Shown here one piece after another: positions 36,191 to 45,893 of a stretch of 64,000 bases of DNA. Made by a program: the position numbers and the translations under genes. The notes beneath the pieces were generated by a model that ran no database searches, was not told the DNA's origin, and saw only the letters and a program-made list of their open reading frames with translations. The stretch lies in IMG/VR virus record IMGVR_UViG_3300043446_004613, positions 124,001-188,000 of that record. One strand, 5' to 3'. The first letter of the stretch is position 1; each line of letters begins with the position of its first letter.

Positions 36191-37213
36191 TTAAATAGTA
36201 CGGGTTGTCAGTGATCCAGTATCCAGCGGCGGTGCTCCAATCGGTGTTCCGGTAGGCTCACCGTCCTTTCCGTTATAGTGCGTGTGGGCTGTGATCCATT
36301 CCAGCATTGCCGGGGTTAGCATCATAACCTGATACTGAGCTTGCGTGCCTAGCGCGATGGCTGCGCTATTCATGACGAACTGCGGGGCGTTCATGGACAG
36401 TTTTGTGGCTTCACACACAACGCCTGTTCCACCAGCCGAGCCTATATGCGCTTTCGTAGCTTCCAGCGCCAAACTTGATCCGCCAGCTGAATTCAGTGAA
36501 ACATTGCCACTTTCGTCGATAATAAACGTCGCGCCGGAGGCGGTACTGATAACTGTGGAAGAAGCTTCGACGCTGATCATCGTGGAGCCGACCATCATCG
36601 TTAAGCGCTCCGACGCCCGCATAAGCACACTCGTGGCCGCGTTCAAGATGACGGTTTTGGCCGACATCACGCCTGTTTCAAGAGATTGGATGACGGCGGT
36701 TCCATTCAAGTCGTTCAGGGTCATCCGTTGACCCTTTGGCGTTTGTATGGAGGCCTGTCCGCCGCTTTCACTGGTACTTTCCTGTAGCAGCAGTTGATAG
36801 CCTTCCTTGGTGGTCATAACCAAGGAATCGGTTTTTAGCTCAATACTGTGCCCGTAGCGTGTCCAAATGGCCCGATCCGGGGCATTGTTCGTGTACTCGT
36901 TGAGCTTTAAGTTGCTGTGGTCGTTGTCTGATTGAACGGCCCATTCCCAGATTGGTTTTTCCGGTTCACCATCCAGAAAACGTACCCAGACCTTGTCGCC
37001 TTTCTCTGGTAAATGACTGAATCCGCCTGATTTGCTGGAGCCACCGGCAGGCATACCAGCAGGCAGTGCCCACGGCAAATCGTTGGTAGGCACGTAACCG
37101 CTACCCGTAGACAAAGAGCCGTATACGTGCGGAACGCGCACTTTTAACCGACCGACTTGGCGCGGATCAGCCGTCGACTCAACGATTCCAGCGTATGTGA
37201 ACCCGTAATTCAT
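36191..37213 (-). CDS. baseplate central spike (gp5/gpV/VgrG OB-fold plus beta-helix)
   Basis: DPRQVGRLKVRVP, LPWA, PEKGDKVWVRFLDGEPEKPIW, C-terminal HTH apex motif. Confidence 0.88.
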   Translation of the reverse strand: MNYGFTYAGIVESTADPRQVGRLKVRVPHVYGSLSTGSGYVPTNDLPWALPAGMPAGGSSKSGGFSHLPEKGDKVWVRFLDGEPEKPIWEWAVQSDNDHSNLKLNEYTNNAPDRAIWTRYGHSIELKTDSLVMTTKEGYQLLLQESTSESGGQASIQTPKGQRMTLNDLNGTAVIQSLETGVMSAKTVILNAATSVLMRASERLTMMVGSTMISVEASSTVISTASGATFIIDESGNVSLNSAGGSSLALEATKAHIGSAGGTGVVCEATKLSMNAPQFVMNSAAIALGTQAQYQVMMLTPAMLEWITAHTHYNGKDGEPTGTPIGAPPLDTGSLTTRTI

Positions 37214-37232
37214 TCTCTATTGTAGTTACAGC

Positions 37233-38066
37233 ATGGCGCGTCAGATCGACATAAGCACACAAGTAAATCTCTGGGGCAAGGCGACCGACCAAACGGTTGG
37301 ACTTGTACCTCAGCGAAGCGACTTGTTTTACGTTGACTTCAGAAACGCTGTGCGGGGTATAAACGCCACAGGCGCTTCACCGCGCCCTATCGACCCGGCC
37401 AGCATCCTGCCGCAATTTGTACGATCCACCACCTTACCAGAGAACAGACTAAAACCAGAAACTGTACGCCGGGATAGTGTGCCATACAACATGCCCTCGT
37501 GGGACGATCCGCTCGATCCGGTAAAAGTGGTGTTTTTAATGAGTAATTCTGACGATGTCAGTAAAAACGACCTTATATCCGTACTGGATACGTGGTTGAA
37601 ACTGACACGTGCCGGTCGTGGTTCTCGTCAGGATGGATACGGTAATTCTGGATACGTACTGTTGAACAGCAACTACTCAATCGACTATACGTTCGACGTG
37701 AGTATTCACCTACTGCGCGGTACACTGCTCAATGCTTCCAATACAGCAGCTAACACCTCAAATGCAAGAGTCATGGCTGTAAACAACGAGATTCAGCGGC
37801 ACCGTCGAAAAGCAAAAGGCTTGGCGCAAATGGGTAAACCCATACCAAAATCGATACAGAAGCAGCTTGCGTCATCACCCGGCGCAGTTAACAACATTGT
37901 CGAAACCGGCATGACTATCGATGCTACGTGGATCATGTACAACGCATGGATCGGCGGCTACAAGCTTTCTGACCTGAACACCGCAGAAACCGGGCTGGTC
38001 ACGGTTGAGGCCACGTTCTATACAGAAGCGTTTGAGCGCAACGATGCTCTGAGCAATCAACTATGA
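37233..38066 (+). CDS. tail-tube-like baseplate protein (gp54/gp19 paralog)
   Basis: VRSTTLP, DPVKVVF and YKLSDLN...TVEATFY tube-fold pattern. Confidence 0.55.
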   Translation: MARQIDISTQVNLWGKATDQTVGLVPQRSDLFYVDFRNAVRGINATGASPRPIDPASILPQFVRSTTLPENRLKPETVRRDSVPYNMPSWDDPLDPVKVVFLMSNSDDVSKNDLISVLDTWLKLTRAGRGSRQDGYGNSGYVLLNSNYSIDYTFDVSIHLLRGTLLNASNTAANTSNARVMAVNNEIQRHRRKAKGLAQMGKPIPKSIQKQLASSPGAVNNIVETGMTIDATWIMYNAWIGGYKLSDLNTAETGLVTVEATFYTEAFERNDALSNQL

Positions 38067-39232
38067 ATCTATCCACGCCGACGCTTAACGCGCTTGCCAA
38101 GTTAAGACCGCCGTTCGCACGGTCGGCTACTTTCTTATACCCGTTCACAAACGAAGGCTTGGTAAACCCCGGAATCACTGTGCAGATGCCTGCCGGTGAG
38201 CCGGTCGTTGCCGCAGGTGCTGGAACGGTCGTTGATGTATACAGGCAGCTTCCGATCTACCAAGTTTCCGACAATACGCTGCTAAAAGCGGTGGTTTACT
38301 ACGTGGTCATTGCCCACGGCGGACTGGTGTTCACTACCGTCGCAGGTCTTTCTGGCGTGAACGTCGTTAAAGGTTCGACTGTTCAGCGCGGCCAGCGCAT
38401 CGGCACGATGTCTAGTGACAATCTGTTTGTAGCGGCTCAAATCGACAACAAGGCGATAAATCCGCTGACATTAAATAAGCACTGGGCAATCCAGAACTCG
38501 GCGTTTGTCGTCGGTCAGGGAAATAAGATTCGATTCGCTCCTGATCAACTGCTGCGCGATTTGAGTAATGGCATCGTGGTGTTCCTGCATAACGGTATAA
38601 AATATTTCAAGCAAGCAGTCGCGCCTACACCTTTTCTGGTCAATATTGCGTTTAATGGCGACGGTACAAAGACCGGGAGCGCAGCTACTGGCATCACCGC
38701 TGATGACTACTGGAACGATTATCTGCCTGAAGACTTTCAAGCACTTGTAGACTCTGCATGCTATTACCCTTACCTAGGTTCATTTGGGATACAAGCATAC
38801 GACTTCACTGCACAGCCGGTGCTCCACCTGAGCGATTACGCAGGTAATCGCAATCAGGTACTGCTTGAGCGCGTTGCTCCGATGCTTTCGGCAGCAAATA
38901 GCGGTTTGAGTTGGGATGCTATGCTTGCCCGCTGGATTGGTGGTTATCTCGGGCCAGTACCCTACGAAAATATCTTTCGCCTGCGTAACGTTCCACCGGG
39001 AACGTATACACTTTACCTGTACGCTAATGCAGGAACGCTTGGCAGCGCCAGCACGTTTTACGTGTCAATCAACAGCGGTACGCCGACAGTATTGACCAAC
39101 AATCCTGTGCTGACACCCGCTTTCATCGAACACTACAACTACGTAAAAATTGATGTTACGCTTGCACGCAACGACGCCCTCACAATCAAGACAATCGGTT
39201 ATCTGTCAGGATTGCAGCTTCAGCGGATTTAG
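38063..39232 (+). CDS. degenerate M23/LytM-like domain plus beta-sandwich domain, probably virion-associated
   Basis: GEPVVAAGAGTV...VVIAH...VVKGSTVQRGQRIG matches the M23 fold but the HxxxD and HxH ligands are missing. Confidence 0.55.
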   Translation: MNLSTPTLNALAKLRPPFARSATFLYPFTNEGLVNPGITVQMPAGEPVVAAGAGTVVDVYRQLPIYQVSDNTLLKAVVYYVVIAHGGLVFTTVAGLSGVNVVKGSTVQRGQRIGTMSSDNLFVAAQIDNKAINPLTLNKHWAIQNSAFVVGQGNKIRFAPDQLLRDLSNGIVVFLHNGIKYFKQAVAPTPFLVNIAFNGDGTKTGSAATGITADDYWNDYLPEDFQALVDSACYYPYLGSFGIQAYDFTAQPVLHLSDYAGNRNQVLLERVAPMLSAANSGLSWDAMLARWIGGYLGPVPYENIFRLRNVPPGTYTLYLYANAGTLGSASTFYVSINSGTPTVLTNNPVLTPAFIEHYNYVKIDVTLARNDALTIKTIGYLSGLQLQRI

Positions 39233-39813
39233 ACCGTAGCGCCGATGTCAATCAGGCTGCCTTGGCTACGATCATGGAAAAACGGTGACGGAAAAATCAC
39301 CGCACTATTGAACTTGCGCCAAAAATAAAGATCATCAGGGAACCCGTCGAATTCTACCGAGCGAAAGCGCAGCGCCGCTTCTGGTGTTATCCAGTATGCC
39401 ATGCAGCAGCCGTTTATGCCGGACGATTTATCATTCGTGTAAAGGCCGTAACCGAATCCAAGATCAGCAACCTTACTGTACGCATTTACATCGAATTCGC
39501 GCCCGTGGAGGCTGATAAAATCGAATCGGTAGAGGTGGGAAAAAGCCTCAAGCGCTATCCTTTGCCAGTGGTTACTGATAGGCACGGCATCGTCTTCAAA
39601 AACCAAGGCCGGGCCAACGGCTTCCGCTAGAGCGTCTTGGTGCCCGCGAAAAGCCCGCAGGTGACCTACCTTGTTTGGCACGATATTGTGCTGGTCGACC
39701 CACCCATCCGGCAGTTCGTAGTCAGCGCAGAAATGCTGGTTGTAGTTCAAGCCGCGCAGGTGCGGCAAAATAAGCGCTTTGCGCTTTGTGTTTGCGACAA
39801 CGATTATGTTCAT
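39229..39813 (-). CDS. glycosyltransferase family 25-like
   Basis: GHLRAFRGH, ALVFEDDA and AYWITPEAA motifs. Confidence 0.7.
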   Translation of the reverse strand: MNIIVVANTKRKALILPHLRGLNYNQHFCADYELPDGWVDQHNIVPNKVGHLRAFRGHQDALAEAVGPALVFEDDAVPISNHWQRIALEAFSHLYRFDFISLHGREFDVNAYSKVADLGFGYGLYTNDKSSGINGCCMAYWITPEAALRFRSVEFDGFPDDLYFWRKFNSAVIFPSPFFHDRSQGSLIDIGATV

Positions 39814-40817
39814 GACCAGATACCTGCTTCACGGAGTGCTGGCACAACGTGCTCTTCCATGTATACACTGTTAATGTAGCGCCTTGCTTGCACACAGCCT
39901 GCAACATAGATTCGATACAGGTTTGCGTGGAGCGCCTGCTCAATTTTGTCTACAGCAGCTTTGACATCTATCCAGTGCGGAGGATTGCGATTGGGCCGCG
40001 TAAGGTTGGGTAAAACCACGCAGTTAACGCCATCTGTCCAAGGGTACGTAAAATCCACGGGAGACTCTTGCATAGCCATGACGCTATTAAAACTGGCTTC
40101 AGCATGGCGAAAACATTTCCAAGACGCACCCCGTAGGCATAGCGACAACTTGGCCTTGCTTTGATACGCCATCAAAGTGTCCAAAGGTATACGGCGGTAA
40201 TGCGGTGTATACAGAATCGCTGTTTGGCGCTTATGCCCTTTTGCAAAAGCGTAGTCCAAGTCCTCAAGCGACGTACACAGACCATTGCACAGCTTTCTTT
40301 TAACAAGTTCAGCGTGTAAAAGCGGACGATCACACGAGCTAAAGCCGTATGAGTAGAATATGTCAATCGGACGTGCGTTAAATGCCTCTTCAGTATCCGG
40401 CTCGTGTGGAGAAAAAGTACTCGTAAAGTCGATAACCTTGAGCGGGAACGCTGTTGTTGGAACAGTGCGCTTGGAGAATTCGCGCTTAAAGTAAAGCTTC
40501 ACTGCTGGGGCAAGATCAGCACAAGGCTTGTAGGCGCTCAACTTGCCGGGCCAGTTAAAGCTGTTGGTCAGAATTATTTGATAATCGTTTTCGCACTCAA
40601 GGTAGTCAAACACGACAACGGGTTTACCTGACAGCAGCACAGCTTTTACAGTTTCCGGGTCACACACGTATTCAGGGTGCCATGTCCAAAGGTAAAAAAC
40701 GACGTCGGCCTCGTTCAAAGAGGTGACAAACTCTGAGTCGCGTAAACCTTTTACACGATCAAGCACGAAGCCATCGACTTCGACGTTGCCGCATGTTGTG
40801 GAGTAGACTTTCACCAT
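39810..40817 (-). CDS. GT-B glycosyltransferase (exostosin/GT47-like)
   Basis: LYFKRE, RPIDIF and SKAKLSLCLRG...CFRHAE motifs. Confidence 0.6.
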   Translation of the reverse strand: MVKVYSTTCGNVEVDGFVLDRVKGLRDSEFVTSLNEADVVFYLWTWHPEYVCDPETVKAVLLSGKPVVVFDYLECENDYQIILTNSFNWPGKLSAYKPCADLAPAVKLYFKREFSKRTVPTTAFPLKVIDFTSTFSPHEPDTEEAFNARPIDIFYSYGFSSCDRPLLHAELVKRKLCNGLCTSLEDLDYAFAKGHKRQTAILYTPHYRRIPLDTLMAYQSKAKLSLCLRGASWKCFRHAEASFNSVMAMQESPVDFTYPWTDGVNCVVLPNLTRPNRNPPHWIDVKAAVDKIEQALHANLYRIYVAGCVQARRYINSVYMEEHVVPALREAGIWS

Positions 40818-41461
40818 TGGCCTTCTCCAACAAAGTTATAGGCGACATCTTCCGATATTCCGTTTACACCGCTGCCGTATATTCCGATGTGCTGTGCTAG
40901 TGAGTGCTTGGTGGCAATCTTGCGCTCAAACACCTTACTGATGCAATGATCCCAGTTATGAACCCACCAGCTGACGGGCATCTCATCAAACACGCACTGG
41001 GCTGTAGCACGATCGACGAATTGAATTGCACCGCCTACGCCATCCACCACCACCCAATCTTCGTGCTCTTCGTAGACCTTCTGCGTAACAGAGCGGTATC
41101 CGGTGAGCACCGTTCGGCGGTGCGGGTCTTTTGTGACCTCCCACAGCTGGCGTAGGCGATAATCGAACTGAGCGCCAAGGAGCAGATCGTTGTCCATCGC
41201 TAACAGGTAACGATACTGCTCAGGCGAACTCAAAAAAGCTTTGTAGCGGTTGTACGCTGCCATACCGACACCCACATGTTCGACATGCTGCTGCACTGGC
41301 CAGTCCCAGCGGGACAGAAAATCTACGCCGTACTTTTCGCTCTTGTCGTCGATGATCAAGACGTCGCTGGCAGCGCTTTTGTTGCGCTTTAAGCTGTCCA
41401 ACGTAATTCCTGTCAGATCGCGGCGATTCCACGTAGACACGATGATGAGGATGTCTTTCAT
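40811..41461 (-). CDS. glycosyltransferase family 2
   Basis: IIVSTWNR, LIIDDKS and MDND (DxD) motifs. Confidence 0.78.
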   Translation of the reverse strand: MKDILIIVSTWNRRDLTGITLDSLKRNKSAASDVLIIDDKSEKYGVDFLSRWDWPVQQHVEHVGVGMAAYNRYKAFLSSPEQYRYLLAMDNDLLLGAQFDYRLRQLWEVTKDPHRRTVLTGYRSVTQKVYEEHEDWVVVDGVGGAIQFVDRATAQCVFDEMPVSWWVHNWDHCISKVFERKIATKHSLAQHIGIYGSGVNGISEDVAYNFVGEGQW

Positions 41462-42336
41462 GCCATGATGCGGAAATGTGTCCGCGTATTGTCTTCCTCA
41501 AAGATGTCGAGCTTGGTCTGGCTATAGGAGCGCTGCCACGATTCTTCAGTTGTGTTCTCGCCCGTCTGTCCAACGTGCCACGCACGGTTAACAAGAGCTA
41601 CCGCATGAGAAAATCCAGCTAGACGCAAGGCCAGCGCCATAGCCCCGTCTTGACTTGATACAGGGCGTGACGTGAAGTACTCCTTGGCTGGCCAATGAAC
41701 CGGAAACGGTCGATTGCCGCAATGGACAGGCAGGCGCTCAGCAATACCACGCATCCAGTCGCCGATGCGGGCGATGTCGCGATCTTTGTAGGGGCACTGG
41801 AGGAAGCGCTGGACATATTCTTGCATCCACGGACGGGTTAAAATCCAGCACTCGCGGCTCATCATGTGATTACACAAGCTATAGCCGCAGTCCGATACCA
41901 GTCCGAGACTGGCTTGCTTTTCTTCCAGCGGCATGTTGCAGAATACGGCTGTGCTGACAACACACTCGTTGCTGTAGTTGGCTTTTATCCAAGCCATCAT
42001 GTTCTGCAACAAAGTCATCAAGTGCGGAGACATGCGGATGTCGTCCTCGACGTAAAATACCCGGTCAAACTTGCACTCTTCAAACAGATAGCGTTTAGCC
42101 TCGTACACGTTTCGACCGATACCGTAGTGCTCTGGGCGCATCAGCAGGTGCAACCCCGGAATCTTTGCCCGTATAGCGATGGCTGCGTTTTCATACTGGG
42201 CAGCGTCAGGGCCTCCGTCGCACGCCAGAACGACCGGCATGCCCATGCGTACCTGCGGAAATGCCAGCACGTCTTGCAGCACTTGAGCAAGCATGCCGGG
42301 TCGGTTATAGCACGGTATTAAAATAGCGGTCTTCAC
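41458..42336 (-). CDS. glycosyltransferase, GT-A fold (GT2-like)
   Basis: ILIPCYNRP, LACDG, GIGRNV and YVEDD motifs. Confidence 0.75.
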   Translation of the reverse strand: MKTAILIPCYNRPGMLAQVLQDVLAFPQVRMGMPVVLACDGGPDAAQYENAAIAIRAKIPGLHLLMRPEHYGIGRNVYEAKRYLFEECKFDRVFYVEDDIRMSPHLMTLLQNMMAWIKANYSNECVVSTAVFCNMPLEEKQASLGLVSDCGYSLCNHMMSRECWILTRPWMQEYVQRFLQCPYKDRDIARIGDWMRGIAERLPVHCGNRPFPVHWPAKEYFTSRPVSSQDGAMALALRLAGFSHAVALVNRAWHVGQTGENTTEESWQRSYSQTKLDIFEEDNTRTHFRIMA

Positions 42337-44057
42337 GCGACAACGGTAGAACGTTTCACCGCAAAGAACCGAATTTCCTCGCCGTTACCGGATGCCCATA
42401 CTTTTTCGATCTCTGCATCAATCTCTTCGGTCTTCATGACGCGGTTTTCGCGCTCTTGGATTAAACGGCGCAGTTCGTTTAAGTCGTAATCGCCTGTATG
42501 CGTGTACACACGGAGTACGTCAAAACCGAACTTCTCAAGCGTCGCTTTCAAAGTTGCCGGACTGTAGTGGACATAGTGCGTGTTGACGTCCAGCCATTGC
42601 CATTTTTCTTTGCGCTGTTCGCTACAATACGATTCGATGTTAGGAACGATACCGGCGAAAATGCCTCCTACTTTTAAGAGTTTGCACACACGGCTTAAAA
42701 CCTCAGCTGGCTTGGAAAGGTGCTCGAACGTGTGGATAGCGACAATCACGTCAAGGCTGTCGGCATCAATCGCACAATCCAGCAGTTCGTCGCAGGTGGT
42801 AGGTATGCCGAGCACAGAGTTGCTAAAATTGGCCGCCTTGTAGCAAACGTCGATACCCTGCGGCGTGAATCCCTTCTCGCGAGCATTTACCATGAAGGCA
42901 CCCCAGCCGCAGCCAATGTCCAGCATCTTACCGGGCGGTTTGGCGAATTCCATAAGCTGCTGCATGAAGTAGTCACGACGCAGTCCGCTCGTACGGATGT
43001 CGTCAAAATTCTTCGGCAGGCGCATGTGTGAGTGGTCATCGGCGTACTGCTGATAATAGAGCATCGTCTGCTCATGATCCGGGTGCGTGCGCAGATACAC
43101 GAGATTGCAGCTTGGGCACTTTACGATGTCAGTCTGCGCTCGATGCTGCGGAGCGTTGGCGGCATCTGCGTCGCAGATGGGACATTTTGTTAACACGGTA
43201 TTCATAGATTTTTTGTATAGTTTTGGTATATGAACAATAGCGCTTTCGCCGTAAATCGCGTTGCGCCGGTTGAAAATGCAGTTCGGGCCTTCGAGCCACA
43301 CTTCGAGCATGCTGTCGTGCTTCAAGCCTTCACAGATGGCGTAAGGCAGCGACTGGTTTCCAATGTACAAGCGGCAACCCGCTATGAGACGCGCAAGTTC
43401 AAGGAAGTCTTTTGTCGGCAAATACGTCAAATAACCCCAGTCAGCAACGAACGCGTTGTACTCGCTAGGCAATCCGACAAAGGCCGCTCTTTTGCCGTGA
43501 CGCTCCATGATCTTCGCCCACGGAAAATCAGAATTACGCCAACGCGGGCTGCGGTGGATAAGAACTGGATAGTCATTTAGCTCAGTGGGAGTGTCGATCG
43601 TAAGCCACGCGGATTGACAGGCATCTAGCGGCACTTTGAACGTGTATAGATGAGCTTCCGCTAGGTTGAGTCGCCGTGCGCCTTCCGCCATTTTGGTGTG
43701 CTCCGTCAGCAGGTATTCACGGAACTGGTTCAAGTCGATGTCGATTTCAGGGGCTTTTTCTACAAAGCTCAGTTCGTGGATATACGGTTGCATTTCCAGC
43801 AGAGGTCGCATTACTTCTACATGCTCTGCTGTCATCGACAAACGTGTCTTGTGTTGAACACTTGGGCCGATAAACAAGCTGCCGCCGCCCATCGCTTTTA
43901 TGGTCGGCAGCGCGTAAATGATGTCGCCAAAGTCACCGCTATGGAAAAACGAAAGACGGTGCTTCAGTGGAATGACGACGCTTCTTTCGGCAGACACGGG
44001 ATCAAAGTGTTCTGCTTTTAGCTTTTTAGCGATGTATTCAAACGATTTCACTAGCAA
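42333..44057 (-). CDS. fusion of a GT9-like glycosyltransferase and a Zn-binding class I methyltransferase
   Basis: HSGDFGDIIYALP and LIAGCRLYIGNQS (GT9-like); CPIC...CPSC, LDIGCGWG, HTFEH (methyltransferase). Confidence 0.75.
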   Translation of the reverse strand: MLVKSFEYIAKKLKAEHFDPVSAERSVVIPLKHRLSFFHSGDFGDIIYALPTIKAMGGGSLFIGPSVQHKTRLSMTAEHVEVMRPLLEMQPYIHELSFVEKAPEIDIDLNQFREYLLTEHTKMAEGARRLNLAEAHLYTFKVPLDACQSAWLTIDTPTELNDYPVLIHRSPRWRNSDFPWAKIMERHGKRAAFVGLPSEYNAFVADWGYLTYLPTKDFLELARLIAGCRLYIGNQSLPYAICEGLKHDSMLEVWLEGPNCIFNRRNAIYGESAIVHIPKLYKKSMNTVLTKCPICDADAANAPQHRAQTDIVKCPSCNLVYLRTHPDHEQTMLYYQQYADDHSHMRLPKNFDDIRTSGLRRDYFMQQLMEFAKPPGKMLDIGCGWGAFMVNAREKGFTPQGIDVCYKAANFSNSVLGIPTTCDELLDCAIDADSLDVIVAIHTFEHLSKPAEVLSRVCKLLKVGGIFAGIVPNIESYCSEQRKEKWQWLDVNTHYVHYSPATLKATLEKFGFDVLRVYTHTGDYDLNELRRLIQERENRVMKTEEIDAEIEKVWASGNGEEIRFFAVKRSTVVA

Positions 44058-44598
44058 AACGGGTTACGTAATGAGCCGCACTGTCGATTTCTGTCACGAT
44101 CTCGAACTGTTTCCTGAACTCCACAGGGTTTTCTGTAAAGCTCGCTGGAAAGAACCGGTAAAATCCCCAGCAATCACGATGACCTTCTACGATCACAAGC
44201 TTTCTGTCTTTTAACGCATAGACCCGCTGTTGGCGCAGTAAAGTGATCGAGTTCTTGGCCCGTTTGTCCATGTGTGCCCGGATATAGGCTGGATCGTAAA
44301 CAGCATCAGGTAGCCAGTTGAAGCACCATTCACCGATGGCATTATCGCGGCAAAGCTGAAGCATTGCCGGTACGGATTGGCGGCTGAGTTGAATCTCCAG
44401 AAAGTTAGGCCACCGCTTAAACCAAGGCTTGAGCTTGCTATTGGTCGTATTGTATACAACCATCTGCTTATTCGGCCAGTCTTGGTTGTAAAATGAAGCG
44501 ATGCTTGCTCTCGCGGCGGTTAGCTGCTGGGGACGGGTAAACGCCATGAGTCCCGATGCGATCGGGTATTCAATCCAACTGGTGTCGTTCTCAGGCAC
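44038..44598 (-). CDS. degenerate GT2-like protein
   Basis: TRPQQL...SF.NQDWPNKQMVVYN and GEWCFNW.PDAVY pattern, but no intact DxD. Confidence 0.45.
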   Translation of the reverse strand: MPENDTSWIEYPIASGLMAFTRPQQLTAARASIASFYNQDWPNKQMVVYNTTNSKLKPWFKRWPNFLEIQLSRQSVPAMLQLCRDNAIGEWCFNWLPDAVYDPAYIRAHMDKRAKNSITLLRQQRVYALKDRKLVIVEGHRDCWGFYRFFPASFTENPVEFRKQFEIVTEIDSAAHYVTRFASEIV

Positions 44599-44618
44599 AC
44601 GACAAAGAACGGTTTTTG

Positions 44619-44810
44619 TCAGTTGGATACTGGCGTGATCGGTGGCATCTGCTGCGGCATGCCTTGCGTCTGGTTTTGCGCAGCCATGCGTTGGGCTAGT
44701 TCGACACCGAAACCGACCTGATGGCTACGGTCAATCGTAGGCAGCTGGCTGTCCGAAGCAGGTGCGGTGTACTTTTGTGCCGTATCAATGAATTTGTTAA
44801 TATCGTTCAC
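44619..44810 (-). CDS. small hypothetical protein
   Basis: 63 aa from GTG, GTTCTTA 5 nt upstream. Confidence 0.45.
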   Translation of the reverse strand: MNDINKFIDTAQKYTAPASDSQLPTIDRSHQVGFGVELAQRMAAQNQTQGMPQQMPPITPVSN

Positions 44811-44830
44811 AGTTCTAAGAACAAGATAGC

Positions 44831-45889
44831 ATGATCGGGCCGGTACTAAAGCAGGAAATTGAGAATACGTTCATCGTGGTGCGCGAAAAGTGTACCACCC
44901 TCGAATTGGTATTCTGCTGCCCCGAGTGCGGCGATAAGACAGGCCATCGCAGCGTAAACCTCAAGTCCGGCAAGACTTTCTGCTGGAAATGCAACAAGGG
45001 CAAGAATAACAAAGGGAACTTTGTTGCGTGGGCGCGGGCGCTCGGTTTCCATTTTACGGCAGATACAGGGGCGAATAACGTTCCGGTTGAACAACTGCTT
45101 TATGCTGAAGATCAGCAGGAATCGGTTGTTCCCGTTATCCAAGAGGTGAAGCTGCCTGAAGGTTTTACACCAATCGCCCGGACACCCAAGAGCGTATACA
45201 CTAAGTTGATAACCAAGATGGCTGCACGTAAAAACCTAGACTACGCTGCATTTGCTGAAGCAGGAGCCGGTTATACCCCAGCCCACCCAAAATGGGAGCC
45301 TTTCTGCATTTTTCCGGTGCAAGAGTACGGTTTGACGGTCTACTACCAAGGGCGCACTTATGTAGACGTGCCGGGGGAGACAACCAAGAAATTTCCAAGT
45401 CGGAACGAGGTAACTTTTGGTGCTGGTAACTGGGTGTACAACATCGATACCGTTCGTGAGCAACAGCCGGAAATTGTTGTCATCGTGGAATCCATATTGA
45501 ACGTGCTGTCGTTGCGCAAAAAGCTTCGGCAGCTTGGCTGGAAAAATATCGTTCCTGTCTGTGTTTTTAAGCACCACCTAAGCCAAGTACAAGCACTTAA
45601 ACTACTGCGTTGCCAAGGTGTTCAAGAGTTCTGCATGCTGTTTGACCACGATGCGATCGATAAAACGTGGCAGAGTGTCAGCGCGATTGCGAACAAGAAG
45701 GTCGTGACGATCGCTGAGATGCCGTTATTAGACGGCAATAAGAAATGCGATCCAAACGACGATGTGGACGCCGCGATAAACGCAATCGAAAATCGTCAGC
45801 TGTATACAGCTTCGAGCTTCAGCCGTAAAATGCTGGAGGCAGATGATCCGAGAATTTTTAGTATCACATCACGAAATATCTGTTCTTAG
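44831..45889 (+). CDS. DNA primase (zinc finger plus Toprim)
   Basis: CPECGD...CWKC zinc finger, VIVESILN and LFDHDA (DxD) Toprim motifs. Confidence 0.8.
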   Translation: MIGPVLKQEIENTFIVVREKCTTLELVFCCPECGDKTGHRSVNLKSGKTFCWKCNKGKNNKGNFVAWARALGFHFTADTGANNVPVEQLLYAEDQQESVVPVIQEVKLPEGFTPIARTPKSVYTKLITKMAARKNLDYAAFAEAGAGYTPAHPKWEPFCIFPVQEYGLTVYYQGRTYVDVPGETTKKFPSRNEVTFGAGNWVYNIDTVREQQPEIVVIVESILNVLSLRKKLRQLGWKNIVPVCVFKHHLSQVQALKLLRCQGVQEFCMLFDHDAIDKTWQSVSAIANKKVVTIAEMPLLDGNKKCDPNDDVDAAINAIENRQLYTASSFSRKMLEADDPRIFSITSRNICS

Positions 45890-45893
45890 CACC

